From positions 753 to 64,752 of the forward strand of contig CAZDQP010000001.1 of NCBI GenBank assembly GCA_964507485.1: a stretch of 64,000 bases of DNA, written 5' to 3'. Positions 8,588-15,980 of this stretch are shown here, piece after piece. The stretch comes from an uncultured Pirellulales bacterium (GTDB taxonomy: Bacteria; Planctomycetota; Phycisphaerae; Sedimentisphaerales; Anaerobacaceae). The notes under the pieces were generated by a model, which saw only the letters and a list, made by a program, of their open reading frames with translations, was not told the origin of the DNA and did not search any database. The first letter of the stretch is position 1. The number at the start of each line of letters is the position of its first letter. Made by a program: the position numbers and the translations under genes.

Positions 8588-8797
8588 TCATATGCTCTTA
8601 TAATTTGTTGTAAATCCCTTAATTCTTTCAATACAAAATACAGCCCAACTATCAGATTTATGATGAATATCAATTCCGACTTTAATAAGATTCTCTATAT
8701 TCTTAATTCGCAATTCTTGCTGCTTTTGTTGTTTTATTAAATTATTAATATCTAAAATTTTATATATTTTATTTTTCAACCATATTTTTACTTTCAT
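8588..8797 (-). CDS. hypothetical protein
   Basis: The ATG at 8797 has a GTGAGG RBS. The track starts at a TTG at 8815. Confidence 0.4.
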   Translation of the reverse strand: MKVKIWLKNKIYKILDINNLIKQQKQQELRIKNIENLIKVGIDIHHKSDSWAVFCIERIKGFTTNYKSI

Positions 8798-8821
8798 AAT
8801 ATACCTCACTTTCAAAAATAA

Positions 8822-8844
8822 GGTATTGAATCACTTGGCTCACC
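8822..8844 (+). repeat. MIC left inverted repeat
   Basis: GGTATTGAATCACTTGGCTCACC. Confidence 0.8.
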
Positions 8845-9451
8845 ATAAATCATCCACCTTTGGATAATCTTCTCTGACTATATCTGCACATTGTTTTAAT
8901 ATATTCTTTCGAGCAGCATCAGCAGCAGCATCAGCAGCAGCAGCAGCATCAGCAGCAGCAGCAGCATCAGCAGCAGCATCAGCAGCATCAGCAGCAGCAT
9001 CAGCAGCATAAGCAGCATAAGCAGCAGAATAAGCAGCAGCAGCAGCATCAGCAGCAGCAGCATCAGCAGCAGCAGCATCAGCAGCAGCAGCATCAGCAGC
9101 ATCAGCAGCATCAGCAGCAGCAATAACAGCAGAGCGAACGTCATTGAGATTAATATTATTTTCCCCCTTTGCCCATTGTTCGGCTGTTTCAATAGCTTTT
9201 AACGGTCTTTCTTCGTCCTTTTTTACATAAGACAAAACTAATCTGGCACATTTACAGGCAGTTAATACGAGCTGCTTTCTTTTTTCGTTGCCAAGCTCAC
9301 CGGATAGCTTTCCAATAAGCCACAGCATCCAGTCACCTCGCTTGCAATCCAACCACAAAGCTTGAGATGTTTTGTAATTGTGAGCTTCCTTAATAGCTTC
9401 TTCACAAGCACTCAATTTTTTAATTCTTGAAATATATTCGTTTATTTCCAT
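8840..9451 (-). CDS. passenger protein: helical N-domain plus Ala/Asp repeat region
   Basis: AAGGAG RBS 5 nt before the ATG at 9451. The TGA stop lies inside the IR. The middle of the protein is (A/D/Y)-only repeats. Confidence 0.6.
   Translation of the reverse strand: MEINEYISRIKKLSACEEAIKEAHNYKTSQALWLDCKRGDWMLWLIGKLSGELGNEKRKQLVLTACKCARLVLSYVKKDEERPLKAIETAEQWAKGENNINLNDVRSAVIAAADAADAADAAAADAAAADAAAADAAAAAYSAAYAAYAADAAADAADAAADAAAAADAAAAADAAADAARKNILKQCADIVREDYPKVDDLW
8913..9122. repeat. trinucleotide low-complexity tract (GCA/TCA)n
   Basis: About 210 nt of GCAGCAGCATCA-type repeats encode the Ala/Asp stretch. Shadow ORFs appear in the other frames. Confidence 0.9.
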
Positions 9452-9463
9452 TTTCACTCCTTT

Positions 9464-9486
9464 GGTGCGTCAAGTGATTCAACGCC
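9464..9486 (-). repeat. MIC right inverted repeat
   Basis: GGTGCGTCAAGTGATTCAACGCC. Its reverse complement matches the left IR at 19/23. Confidence 0.8.
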
Positions 9487-9524
9487 AAAAATAAAGCCCC
9501 GCCGTAACTACTATGATTCGGCAT

Positions 9525-9602
9525 CGCCGGCAAGCGATGGAATGTCCGTCAATGCAGAAACTTTGGGGCTTATGTTTACTGATTTGTTTATGCTTGCCGG
9601 CG
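9525..9602. repeat. 11-bp perfect inverted repeat
   Basis: CGCCGGCAAGC (9525-9535) and GCTTGCCGGCG (9592-9602), in an intergenic region. Confidence 0.6.
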
Positions 9603-9741
9603 TTCATATCTATTCCTTAAATCGTCCCCACAGTACCACACTCTTTAGAGTATTACCAGAAGAAAATAAAAAAAATTTCATAAATCGCCGTTTTTGGGCT
9701 CTAATCGCCGGAAAAAGGTTAAAAAAAGTGGAATTAAATGT

Positions 9742-9770
9742 TTGATGTAAAAAAGTGAAAATGTTAAGTT
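9742..9770 (+). promoter_or_regulatory. candidate sigma70-type promoter
   Basis: TTGATG, 17-nt spacer, TAAGTT (the same -10 hexamer as at 1527). It points at the terminator at 9815-9862 with no ORF in between. Confidence 0.3.
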
Positions 9771-9814
9771 TGTAATTTATGCAAGGATGCATATTACATT
9801 TTAATAGCTTAAAT

Positions 9815-9862
9815 GCGGTATGGGATAGACCTAAGTTAATTATCTATCCCTGCCGCTTTTTT
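9815..9862 (+). terminator. rho-independent terminator
   Basis: Stem GCGGTA-GGGATAGA / TCTATCCC-TGCCGC (14 bp, one bulge), 13-nt loop, then TTTTTT. Confidence 0.7.
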
Positions 9863-10162
9863 ATTGACCGGAGAACTCACGATGGGTAGGTCAATACTGA
9901 TAATTAACTTAAGGCCGGAGGCTACGTCTGTGCGACTTGACGACCTCAAAATGTCACGAACAGCCAACTGTGTTTGTGATGGAACGCATCTTCTAAAAAG
10001 CGCGGGAGATTTCAATCGGGATGCCTGGAATCATTTGACCGTTCAGTTGGTCGCTTAACCAAATGCAGCTCTAACTAAAGGGGCATGTATTCGACTTTAG
10101 GTTAATTATTGCGGGTAACTGTAAAAAGTCGCTCTGCCCTTACAGATAACACAGGGGCATGT

Positions 10163-10735
10163 ATGAAAAAAACAGATTATACTCGAGTAAAAGAAAAACA
10201 AGACGACGGTTCTTATATAGTAAGTAATGGTAGCGCAAGAAAATTCAGAATGTATAAGAATGACCGTCAGAAATATAAAAAGAGGCGCAAGCCTTTAACT
10301 AAAAAGCAGTTTTTACGCAAAAAGGCTGTTGAGTTAAAAAATCATCCCACTGAAGCAGAAATCATATTTGAGCGCAAATTACAGGAAATAGGCTATAATT
10401 ATCGCACACAAAAAGTATTTATTTATAAGGGAATAAGCGGAATAGCTGATTTTTGGATACCTTCGTTAAGAGTATATATTGAGGTTGACGGCGGGTATCA
10501 CCTCGAGGAAGACCAAAAACAAAATGATAGAGTGAAAGATTTTGTTTACCGAAAGATGAATACAGGCATATTGAGATTAACTAATAATCAGGCAATGTAC
10601 TTATCTATCGAGCAAATAAAAACGCTCATTGAAAGTAAAAAAGTTGTTAAAAAGCATAGAGAACAGAGAAATAAAGCAAAAAGCGATAAAATCAGAGCAT
10701 GGAAGAAACGCAAAAAAGGCAAAATGGATGCGTAG
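10163..10735 (+). CDS. DUF559 (Vsr-like fold) endonuclease-domain protein
   Basis: PTEAEIIFERKLQE...ADFWIPSLRVYIEVDGGYH...D pattern with Lys-rich N- and C-terminal tails. ATG at 10163. Confidence 0.6.
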   Translation: MKKTDYTRVKEKQDDGSYIVSNGSARKFRMYKNDRQKYKKRRKPLTKKQFLRKKAVELKNHPTEAEIIFERKLQEIGYNYRTQKVFIYKGISGIADFWIPSLRVYIEVDGGYHLEEDQKQNDRVKDFVYRKMNTGILRLTNNQAMYLSIEQIKTLIESKKVVKKHREQRNKAKSDKIRAWKKRKKGKMDA

Positions 10736-10789
10736 AATTTTAAAGAAGAATCCTTGGCTAAGAGCCTTAAAACAACAAAGGTTGTTTGA

Positions 10790-11329
10790 ATGAAGAAATA
10801 CCAAATAATATATGCAGACCCGCCTTGGCAGGTTAAGGCTGGACCAGGGTGGTCCAGCTCTGGCATTTCTCGTGATTTAAAGTATCCGACAATGGCTATT
10901 GAAGAAATAAAGAATTTACCAATTAAAGATATATCAGCTAAAAATGCTCATTTATATCTATGGTTAATTAATAAATATATCCCTGAAGGTTATGAAATAG
11001 CTAAAGTATGGGGTTTTAAGCCTATTACATTATTGACATGGTGCAAGCCTGCGCATAGATTAGGATTAGTTGGGGCTTTCGTGCAAACCACAGAACATTT
11101 ATTATTCTGCAGGCGAGGAAATCTTAAAACATTGAAAAGGATTGATACTACATGGTTTTTGAATGAAAGACATAGACATTCTGAAAAGCCTCAATTTTTT
11201 AGAGATATTATAAGGCAAGTTAGTGGTGATTTAATGAAAATAGAATTATTTGCACGAGAACGTACTTTTGGTTGGGACGTTTGGGGCAATGAAGTAAAGA
11301 GTGATATTGAATTGAAGGTGGCTGGCTAA
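10790..11329 (+). CDS. MT-A70 family N6-adenine methyltransferase
   Basis: IIYADPPWQ (DPPW) motif, with a typical size of 179 aa. Confidence 0.8.
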   Translation: MKKYQIIYADPPWQVKAGPGWSSSGISRDLKYPTMAIEEIKNLPIKDISAKNAHLYLWLINKYIPEGYEIAKVWGFKPITLLTWCKPAHRLGLVGAFVQTTEHLLFCRRGNLKTLKRIDTTWFLNERHRHSEKPQFFRDIIRQVSGDLMKIELFARERTFGWDVWGNEVKSDIELKVAG

Positions 11330-11357
11330 GAGAACAAAAGCAAAAGGTGCTGTGGGA

Positions 11358-11492
11358 ATGATTGATATAATTTTATTAATATTGTTTTTTTGCATAGGTT
11401 GGTTGAGTGGGGTATGGCATTCTTATAATTTTATGAAAGATAATCCTGAATATTTTATTGAAAATAAGAATTCAAGGGACCGGAGTTTTTAG
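11358..11492 (+). CDS. small membrane peptide (44 aa)
   Basis: Hydrophobic N-terminus IILLILFFCIGWLSGVW. Below the ORF-track cutoff. Confidence 0.3.
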   Translation: MIDIILLILFFCIGWLSGVWHSYNFMKDNPEYFIENKNSRDRSF

Positions 11493-11594
11493 TCCAAAAA
11501 CAAGGATAGGACCTGAATGAACCGCATTTTTAAGCAAATAATAAGGGTGAGTAAGAATTCAGAGTACCAGTTCGGGACCACGTAGCTTAAACCA

Positions 11595-12005
11595 ATGAAA
11601 ACTCTAATTTATTTAATGTTATTAAGTTTAATGTTTAACAGACCACCTGAGCCTACGGATATTCCCTTCACTTTTGACCGCTCAAAGTGCAATTATGAAA
11701 TACTCAAATGGCATGAAATAGAGCTAAATCAGGCTTTACAGAGCACAAGGAAGATATTCGAGCCTGACGGCGACCCTGTAACTCTAACAACTAACACAAC
11801 CGGAGTATTCATAAAATTAGATAAGACTATTCCCGATCCGAACGGTGTAGTTTATGAGTATAAATGGGATTTTAGAGCACAAAACGGACTTGGTGTGTAT
11901 TATATAGATTTCACAGCCAAAGACGATAAAGGTAAAAGTGACCAAAGAACTGTCCTCGTAAATGTAGTGGAAAAGCTGAATAAACCACCTTTAATTATAG
12001 ATTGA
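11595..12005 (+). CDS. secreted Ig/cadherin-like domain protein
   Basis: N-terminal hydrophobic signal. EPDGDPVTLT...FTAKDDKGKSDQRTVLVNV resembles a cadherin-like repeat. Confidence 0.45.
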   Translation: MKTLIYLMLLSLMFNRPPEPTDIPFTFDRSKCNYEILKWHEIELNQALQSTRKIFEPDGDPVTLTTNTTGVFIKLDKTIPDPNGVVYEYKWDFRAQNGLGVYYIDFTAKDDKGKSDQRTVLVNVVEKLNKPPLIID

Positions 12006-12006
12006 T

Positions 12007-12240
12007 ATGAAAATAGATGATTTAATTAAAGCTTTAGAAACAGCTAAAAAGACTTGGAATAACAATCTTGATATTTATGATATTTATATTGAAATTGATG
12101 AGGATGAGGATTGCCCGACTTGTGGCGAACCTCAAACTCATATTTATGACGCATTTGCAGAAAAAACCGAAGTTATGAGCGTTGATAGCATACCAACATT
12201 TACTATTTTTGCTAATCGTGACGCTGAAAGACAGAAATGA
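12007..12240 (+). CDS. hypothetical acidic protein
   Basis: 77-aa ORF, adjacent to the neighbouring genes. Confidence 0.4.
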   Translation: MKIDDLIKALETAKKTWNNNLDIYDIYIEIDEDEDCPTCGEPQTHIYDAFAEKTEVMSVDSIPTFTIFANRDAERQK

Positions 12241-12464
12241 AACGCGGAACATTTATAAAATCAGTTATAGCGGCAATTACTGGAATATGTGCCTGGTCGA
12301 AGAAAGATAAAATTGCTGGCCCTCCTTACGTCTCAGTGGCAAACAGTAGTTGTTGTGGGCCTAAAGACCAATCCTTATATGATGAAATTTGGGAACAATT
12401 AAAAGAAAGAGTTAATAAACCAAAAGAAGGAAATACAATCATTCATTTTGAAAAATTCAAATGA
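12237..12464 (+). CDS. hypothetical protein
   Basis: 75-aa ORF with a 4-nt overlap with the upstream gene. Confidence 0.4.
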   Translation: MKRGTFIKSVIAAITGICAWSKKDKIAGPPYVSVANSSCCGPKDQSLYDEIWEQLKERVNKPKEGNTIIHFEKFK

Positions 12465-12523
12465 ATGGATATGTTATCAATGGATAAACCATGATTACTC
12501 CAGAAAAAGCAAAACAAAAAACA

Positions 12524-12552
12524 TTGACATAAGAAAAACAATCCTATAAAAT
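12524..12552 (+). promoter_or_regulatory. sigma70-type promoter of the packaging operon
   Basis: TTGACA, 17-nt spacer, TAAAAT. Confidence 0.55.
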
Positions 12553-12589
12553 AAAACTCAAGGTTCAAACGTAGGGGAAAGTTAAAGAG

Positions 12590-13204
12590 ATAAAACTGGC
12601 CGATATATACCCACACCTATCAGAAATAACACTATTAGAACAAAGATTTGTCGAAAACCTTTTTAATATTGCCGGGATAAATCAAACCCAAGCTCTTATA
12701 AAAGCAGGCTCAGAACAACGTGGAGATTCTGCCAAAGTCTATGCCTCACAGCTACTAACCAAGCCTAACGTAAAGGGTTATCTAACTTGGTTAAGAAGTA
12801 AATCAACTAAAAAATTACAACATTCAGTCGAAGAGACGCTGCTTGAACTTGAGAAATTATCATTTTCAAATATCCAAGATTACATAGGCGAGGAAAACAC
12901 AATAAAGGATTTATCGAAGATACCCAGAGAGCACGCAGCAGCGATAGAGGCGATAAAGACGGATATTAGGCATGATAATGGGGATTCTGAAGGATACAAC
13001 GAGAAAACAACTTTCAAACTGCACAGCAAAATATCAGCCATAAAAGAACTTCTCGACCGACGTATTGGCAGACCTACGCAGAATGTCAACGTTAAGAAAG
13101 TCGTATTATCGAGAGAGATATCCGACGAGGAACTGGCTGAGATAATGTCGAGAAAGAGATTGACGGACGGCGACGAACACAGGAAGGCGATAGCCGGCGG
13201 ATAA
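12590..13204 (+). CDS. terS: terminase small subunit
   Basis: LLEQRFVENLF...NQTQALIKAGS...AKVYASQLLTKPNVKGYL fits the Terminase_2 pattern. The frame is open from 12575 with no ATG, GTG or TTG. ATA at 12590 sits 8 nt after GGGGAAAG, and CTG at 12596 is the alternative start. Absent from the ORF track. Confidence 0.75.
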   Translation: MKLADIYPHLSEITLLEQRFVENLFNIAGINQTQALIKAGSEQRGDSAKVYASQLLTKPNVKGYLTWLRSKSTKKLQHSVEETLLELEKLSFSNIQDYIGEENTIKDLSKIPREHAAAIEAIKTDIRHDNGDSEGYNEKTTFKLHSKISAIKELLDRRIGRPTQNVNVKKVVLSREISDEELAEIMSRKRLTDGDEHRKAIAGG

Positions 13205-13332
13205 GTACAGGATATTCAAAGACTTATGTGTAATTAAAAATAAAAAATGTCTGATAATAACTATTATGGGACACTTTTAGCGATATTTGGGTTGAAAACC
13301 TGCGTTTTTGGTCTAATAACAGGGTTAGATAA

Positions 13333-13767
13333 ATGGTAAACAAGATAGAAAATAGTGTTTCTAATATATGTTGGAATTGTGGCAAATTAATACCTTTATC
13401 TACAGGCAAGCGTAAGCGTCATTATTGCAATGATGCCTGTCGCATATCTTACAGGCGCAAAACCGAACAAATGGTTACGAAATCCAAAACCGAACATTCA
13501 AAACCGAACAACTTTGAAAAGTGTCGATATTGCGGCTGTGATTTACCCAAATTGAGTATGCCGAGAAAGTATCCGGGCGCATGTCTTAGTTGCGTGATGG
13601 AACAGCCGGGCAAATCTCCAGACAGGGATTTACCTGTTTATGATTGCAAGGACAGGAAATTGACTATCATGGAGCGTTTATTTTATCGTCCTGCTTCTGA
13701 GTTAAAGTCTGGTGAGCATAACTTTGTGAGTTTACCAGGCAGGGCATGTTATGGGGTTTATCAATGA
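13333..13767 (+). CDS. zinc-ribbon protein
   Basis: CWNCG...HYCNDACRISYRR and CRYCGC...CLSC motifs. Confidence 0.45.
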   Translation: MVNKIENSVSNICWNCGKLIPLSTGKRKRHYCNDACRISYRRKTEQMVTKSKTEHSKPNNFEKCRYCGCDLPKLSMPRKYPGACLSCVMEQPGKSPDRDLPVYDCKDRKLTIMERLFYRPASELKSGEHNFVSLPGRACYGVYQ

Positions 13768-15527
13768 AGTTAGCCGATTGCATAGACAGTCTGCCATATC
13801 CTGATTATGCTCCGAGAGCCTTGAAGATAATCACTATGCAGGGCCAGTTAGTGCCGCTCGACTTCAATTATCCCCAGAAGATTGTTCACGACTGCTTAGA
13901 GGATCAGCGGGAAGCAGGATTCCCAATGAGGGCGATTATCCTTAAGGCAAGGCGTGAGGGCGTGTCTACTTACGTATCCGGCAGGTTCTTCCGGGAAATC
14001 AACCGTAAGTCCAACCGATTCGCTTGTGTGGCGAGTGCCGATATTGACGCTACAATCAAGGTTTTTAAGATGATAACGCTCTTTCAGGACGAAATCCCCG
14101 AAGATATAAAGAGAGAGACCGTCTATATGTCCCGAAAGAAAGATATTGTCTATGCCAAGCCCCACCGAAGCGAGTATTTATGCCAGACGGCAGGAACGGA
14201 CGTTCTCGGGCGTGGCGGATTAACTCATTATCTCCACTGTACAGAGGTTGCGTTCTGGTCACAGGCCAAGAAGCAGCTCGGCGGAGCTATGCAGGAAGTA
14301 CCGGACGACCCTGAGACCATTATCATCCTCGAATCTACTGCCAACGGGACAGGCGGAGCCTTCTATGATATATATCTTCAGGCTGTTGACAGGTGGAAGC
14401 AGACTAAATCTCTCGACGGTTTTATTCCTATCTTCCTTCCCTGGACTTTGTTGCCTGCCTACTCACGCCCTGTACCCGCAGGGTGGCGGCCTGACGCAGA
14501 GGAAAAGGAGGTACAGTCACAGCACAGTCTTTCCGACGAGCAATTATACTGGCGTCACTGGGCGATAGAGAACAAATGTCAGGGCGATTTAAGTTTATTC
14601 AAGCAGGAGTATCCTATCACATGGCAGGAGGCATTTCAGGCGAGTGGCAGTCCTGTTTTTATCAAGCGTATAATAGACTATCAGAAGAAGTTTTTGCGTA
14701 ATGATATCAGGTACGGCTTATTTGACCACAGGGACGGTTCATTCATTGAGAACAAGGGAGGCAGTCGTTATGGCTGGCAGTATTTGGACGTTCCGGGCAG
14801 TGAGGAGCATGTAATAGGGGTTGATACGAGGGAGCACAAGTTATCTGATGAGGGCGACATTAAGAGTGAGCGTGACTTTGACGGGGTGGTGGTATTGGGT
14901 CGGGGTGGTAGTCGGCGTTTAGTGAAGGCGGTATTACACTGCAAGATGGGTCAGAAGGAGTTGGGATTACAGGTATTGGGGGCGGCGAAGCATTTCAACA
15001 ATGCGTGGGTGGTTCCTGAGATACCTATGGGGATGATGGTGGTTCAGGTCTTGGCTGACGCTGGTTATCCCAATTTATATCACAGGCAGGTAAAGGAGTT
15101 TTCTTATAATCCTGAGGATGGTGAGGACATTGGCTTTAGGACTACTGCTGTTACTCGTCATTACTTGGTGAATGACATGATAAGTTGTTTACGTGGCGAC
15201 ATGGTCTTGGTTCAGTTCAGTGATATAGTGGACCAGATGGAGGTCTTTGCCTACGACAAGCTGGGCCGTCCGCGTCACATGGCGGGCCGGCATGACGATT
15301 TAATGTTCGGATTAAGTTTGGCTATACAGGGCGATTTACAATGTCCGAAGTTGAATTTGATTTCCGGCCGGAACTCGTATCCGGAGTTTACGGGTGAGTC
15401 AGGTGGTTACAGTGGTTTTTTCCCTTCTCCGCAGGAGCGCACGCTTGACAGTCTGGCGGTATCCGGTGCTTACGACGATTTGGACGATGAGGACTACGGC
15501 GATGATGCGTGGTATTTTACGGAGTAA
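13764..15527 (+). CDS. terL: terminase large subunit
   Basis: Consistent in size and position. ILKARREGVSTY looks like a Walker-A region and ILESTANGTGGAFYD also fits. ATGA overlap with the upstream stop. Confidence 0.8.
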   Translation: MKLADCIDSLPYPDYAPRALKIITMQGQLVPLDFNYPQKIVHDCLEDQREAGFPMRAIILKARREGVSTYVSGRFFREINRKSNRFACVASADIDATIKVFKMITLFQDEIPEDIKRETVYMSRKKDIVYAKPHRSEYLCQTAGTDVLGRGGLTHYLHCTEVAFWSQAKKQLGGAMQEVPDDPETIIILESTANGTGGAFYDIYLQAVDRWKQTKSLDGFIPIFLPWTLLPAYSRPVPAGWRPDAEEKEVQSQHSLSDEQLYWRHWAIENKCQGDLSLFKQEYPITWQEAFQASGSPVFIKRIIDYQKKFLRNDIRYGLFDHRDGSFIENKGGSRYGWQYLDVPGSEEHVIGVDTREHKLSDEGDIKSERDFDGVVVLGRGGSRRLVKAVLHCKMGQKELGLQVLGAAKHFNNAWVVPEIPMGMMVVQVLADAGYPNLYHRQVKEFSYNPEDGEDIGFRTTAVTRHYLVNDMISCLRGDMVLVQFSDIVDQMEVFAYDKLGRPRHMAGRHDDLMFGLSLAIQGDLQCPKLNLISGRNSYPEFTGESGGYSGFFPSPQERTLDSLAVSGAYDDLDDEDYGDDAWYFTE

Positions 15528-15529
15528 CA

Positions 15530-15739
15530 ATGTCTACGTATAAGACAAAATTTAATGTCGGCGATAAGGTTACAAGTATGGGTTTTTATGGTTTTATAAC
15601 AGCGATATTTATTCGAAGTGGTATTTCTTACGAGTTTACTTATGTCGGTCCTGACGGTGTCATAAATTCTTCTGTTGTCGAGGATTTTCAGATAGAAAAA
15701 TCCAACAACGGCAAGATAGGCTTTAATAAGGTTGGTTAA
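15530..15739 (+). CDS. hypothetical protein
   Basis: ATG lies 3 nt after the terL stop. Confidence 0.4.
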   Translation: MSTYKTKFNVGDKVTSMGFYGFITAIFIRSGISYEFTYVGPDGVINSSVVEDFQIEKSNNGKIGFNKVG

Positions 15740-15946
15740 ATGAGTTACTGGTACTTGATATATGGTTTAAGTTACCTGGGAGTATTCATTTGCGGGGTGG
15801 TCTTGGGAGTTTACGTAATTGAGCGTGGCCACCGGGCGGGGGTTAAGCTGATGGACAGATTGAAGCATGACCAGGTTCCTTTCGAAGCCGAGGAGCCTAA
15901 TATTATTCAGACTCATACGGACGGTACTTTTGAGGAAGTGGGATGA
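15740..15946 (+). CDS. small membrane protein
   Basis: One hydrophobic helix, YLIYGLSYLGVFICGVVLGVYVI. Confidence 0.4.
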   Translation: MSYWYLIYGLSYLGVFICGVVLGVYVIERGHRAGVKLMDRLKHDQVPFEAEEPNIIQTHTDGTFEEVG

Positions 15947-15980
15947 ATCGATAAATGGGACAGGAAGTCCTAACGGGGCA

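Larger units (their letters stand above)
8822..9486 (-). mobile_element. non-autonomous IS1595-type cassette (MIC) with one passenger gene
   Basis: 23-bp terminal inverted repeats (19/23) are flanked by identical AAAAATAA at 8814-8821 and 9487-9494. No transposase inside. Confidence 0.8.

Noticed and set aside
8896-9192. 98-aa Leu/Met-only ORF on the minus strand
   Set aside because: It is an alternative frame through the (GCA/TCA)n repeat, an artefact of trinucleotide periodicity.
10079-10164. Duplicated 12-mer AGGGGCATGTAT
   Set aside because: It is real. However, the first copy precedes only a 6-codon ORF, so it is probably a duplicated RBS/start region of little consequence. It is mentioned under the intergenic-gap finding.
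15393-15411. IR-like sequence GGTGAGTCAGGTGGTTACA inside terL (14 of its first 16 nt match the IS repeat variant)
   Set aside because: It lies in frame within a conserved terminase coding region and diverges in the outer half. It is probably chance or an ancient relic, and I cannot decide without a genome-wide matrix scan.
15867-15980. Upstream start for the portal ORF given in the track
   Set aside because: It would overlap the preceding membrane-protein gene by 80 nt and adds a non-portal-like basic peptide. The ATG at 15981 is preferred.
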